Source of the DNA: Phyllosticta citribraziliensis
Taxonomy: Eukaryota
Reading direction: 5' to 3'
Length of the DNA stretch: 64,000 nucleotides
Assembly (NCBI RefSeq): GCF_038025025.1
Contig: NW_027117343.1
Location: forward strand, 744,001 to 808,000
Shown here: positions 63,242 to 64,000 of the stretch, piece after piece
How positions within the stretch are numbered: the stretch's first letter is position 1
How the letters are laid out: each line of letters opens with the position of its first letter
Translations under genes and position numbers: made by a program
Notes under the pieces: generated by a model
What the model was told of the DNA's origin: nothing
What the model saw: the letters and a program-made list of their open reading frames with translations, nothing else
The model's database searches: none

Positions 63242-64000
63242 GTATCCTGAAACTTTCCCTCTTGACAAGGCCAAATGTATGCTGAAAGAAAGCCGTCGGC
63301 TTGCGTGATGGAAGTTCCGTGAAGAAGCTCGTCGAATCGGTATCCAATCAACCGAGACGGAATCGTGGCTGCGGCATTGGAAACGACGGCGCCTCGTCCG
63401 CGCCTCTGTTTTTATCAATCATAGTCGCGCTCGACGACAGGCGCGAGTTCCGACGTCTTTGTAATCGCTCTTTAGGGCCGCGATGGTGTATTGAGGGCGA
63501 GACGGACGGGTTTGTTACTTGAAGACATGTATTGTCTGATAAATCCGACGCGGAGCGGCCGCGATCCGACATCCGATCGTCTGACGTCGCTTTGTTTGGA
63601 GCGGAATCGTCCCGCCCCGCCCTCTCCAGGTCGCTGTCAGCGGGGTCCTGGTGCCTTCGTCCACGGTTTCCGTACCGTCTTGCTTCGTTGTGAGGCGCTT
63701 CGAATCGTCCAGGGATACACACGGCAGAACGTTGCGATGGTTCCTGTCGTTCCGTGTCTGCTGGGGACCGCTCCTGCTGGTCCAAAATTGACTTCTTTCT
63801 GTTTGTCGCTTTTGAGACCGGCTACTGGCGAAGTTGAATCTCTTTTGCCAAAGTCGCTGTCCGATTCTCAACAACAGCCTCCTCTCACGACCTCCAGACT
63901 TCAGCTCCTTCTCTGGAAGCCACTCGTTTGACCATGTCGCCATTTCGGTCCATCGTTGAAAGCAAGGAGGTAGGTCAAGCAAGGCACACAATTGCTACGT

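Noticed and set aside
63348..63821. Minus-strand open frame near the window end, possibly the last exon of a gene outside the window
   Set aside because: No ATG start, no recognisable domain and upstream exons not visible, so it cannot be supported

Overview
GC-rich eukaryotic genomic DNA from a filamentous ascomycete (Pezizomycotina-type short GT-AG introns with CTRAC branch points). About 20 protein-coding genes can be read: Raptor/Kog1, cytosolic Asp-tRNA synthetase, an MFS transporter, Spt16, a mitochondrial carrier-like protein, an Upc2-like Zn2Cys6 factor next to an RTA1 gene, S1/P1 nuclease, Gpi2, annexin C4, Sho1, a dynactin Ro10-like subunit, an Avt-type amino-acid transporter, Mrps16, NAD(P)HX epimerase, a nitroreductase and several hypotheticals. 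The most striking non-coding signal is a candidate ~320-nt highly structured RNA on the minus strand (~27036-26719). It has a TATA box about 30 nt upstream, a 5' cUUCGg hairpin, two tandem long helices each capped by a near-identical tRNA-like module (T-arm stacked on an acceptor-like helix, no anticodon arm), two further hairpins and T-runs. I do not recognise it as any standard RNA family. A second signal is a recurring ~105-170 bp element (outward-facing TATA-like ends enclosing GCAC[A/G]TG motifs), found four times between convergent genes. Product names come from my recognition of the translated sequence; no database search or folding program was run.
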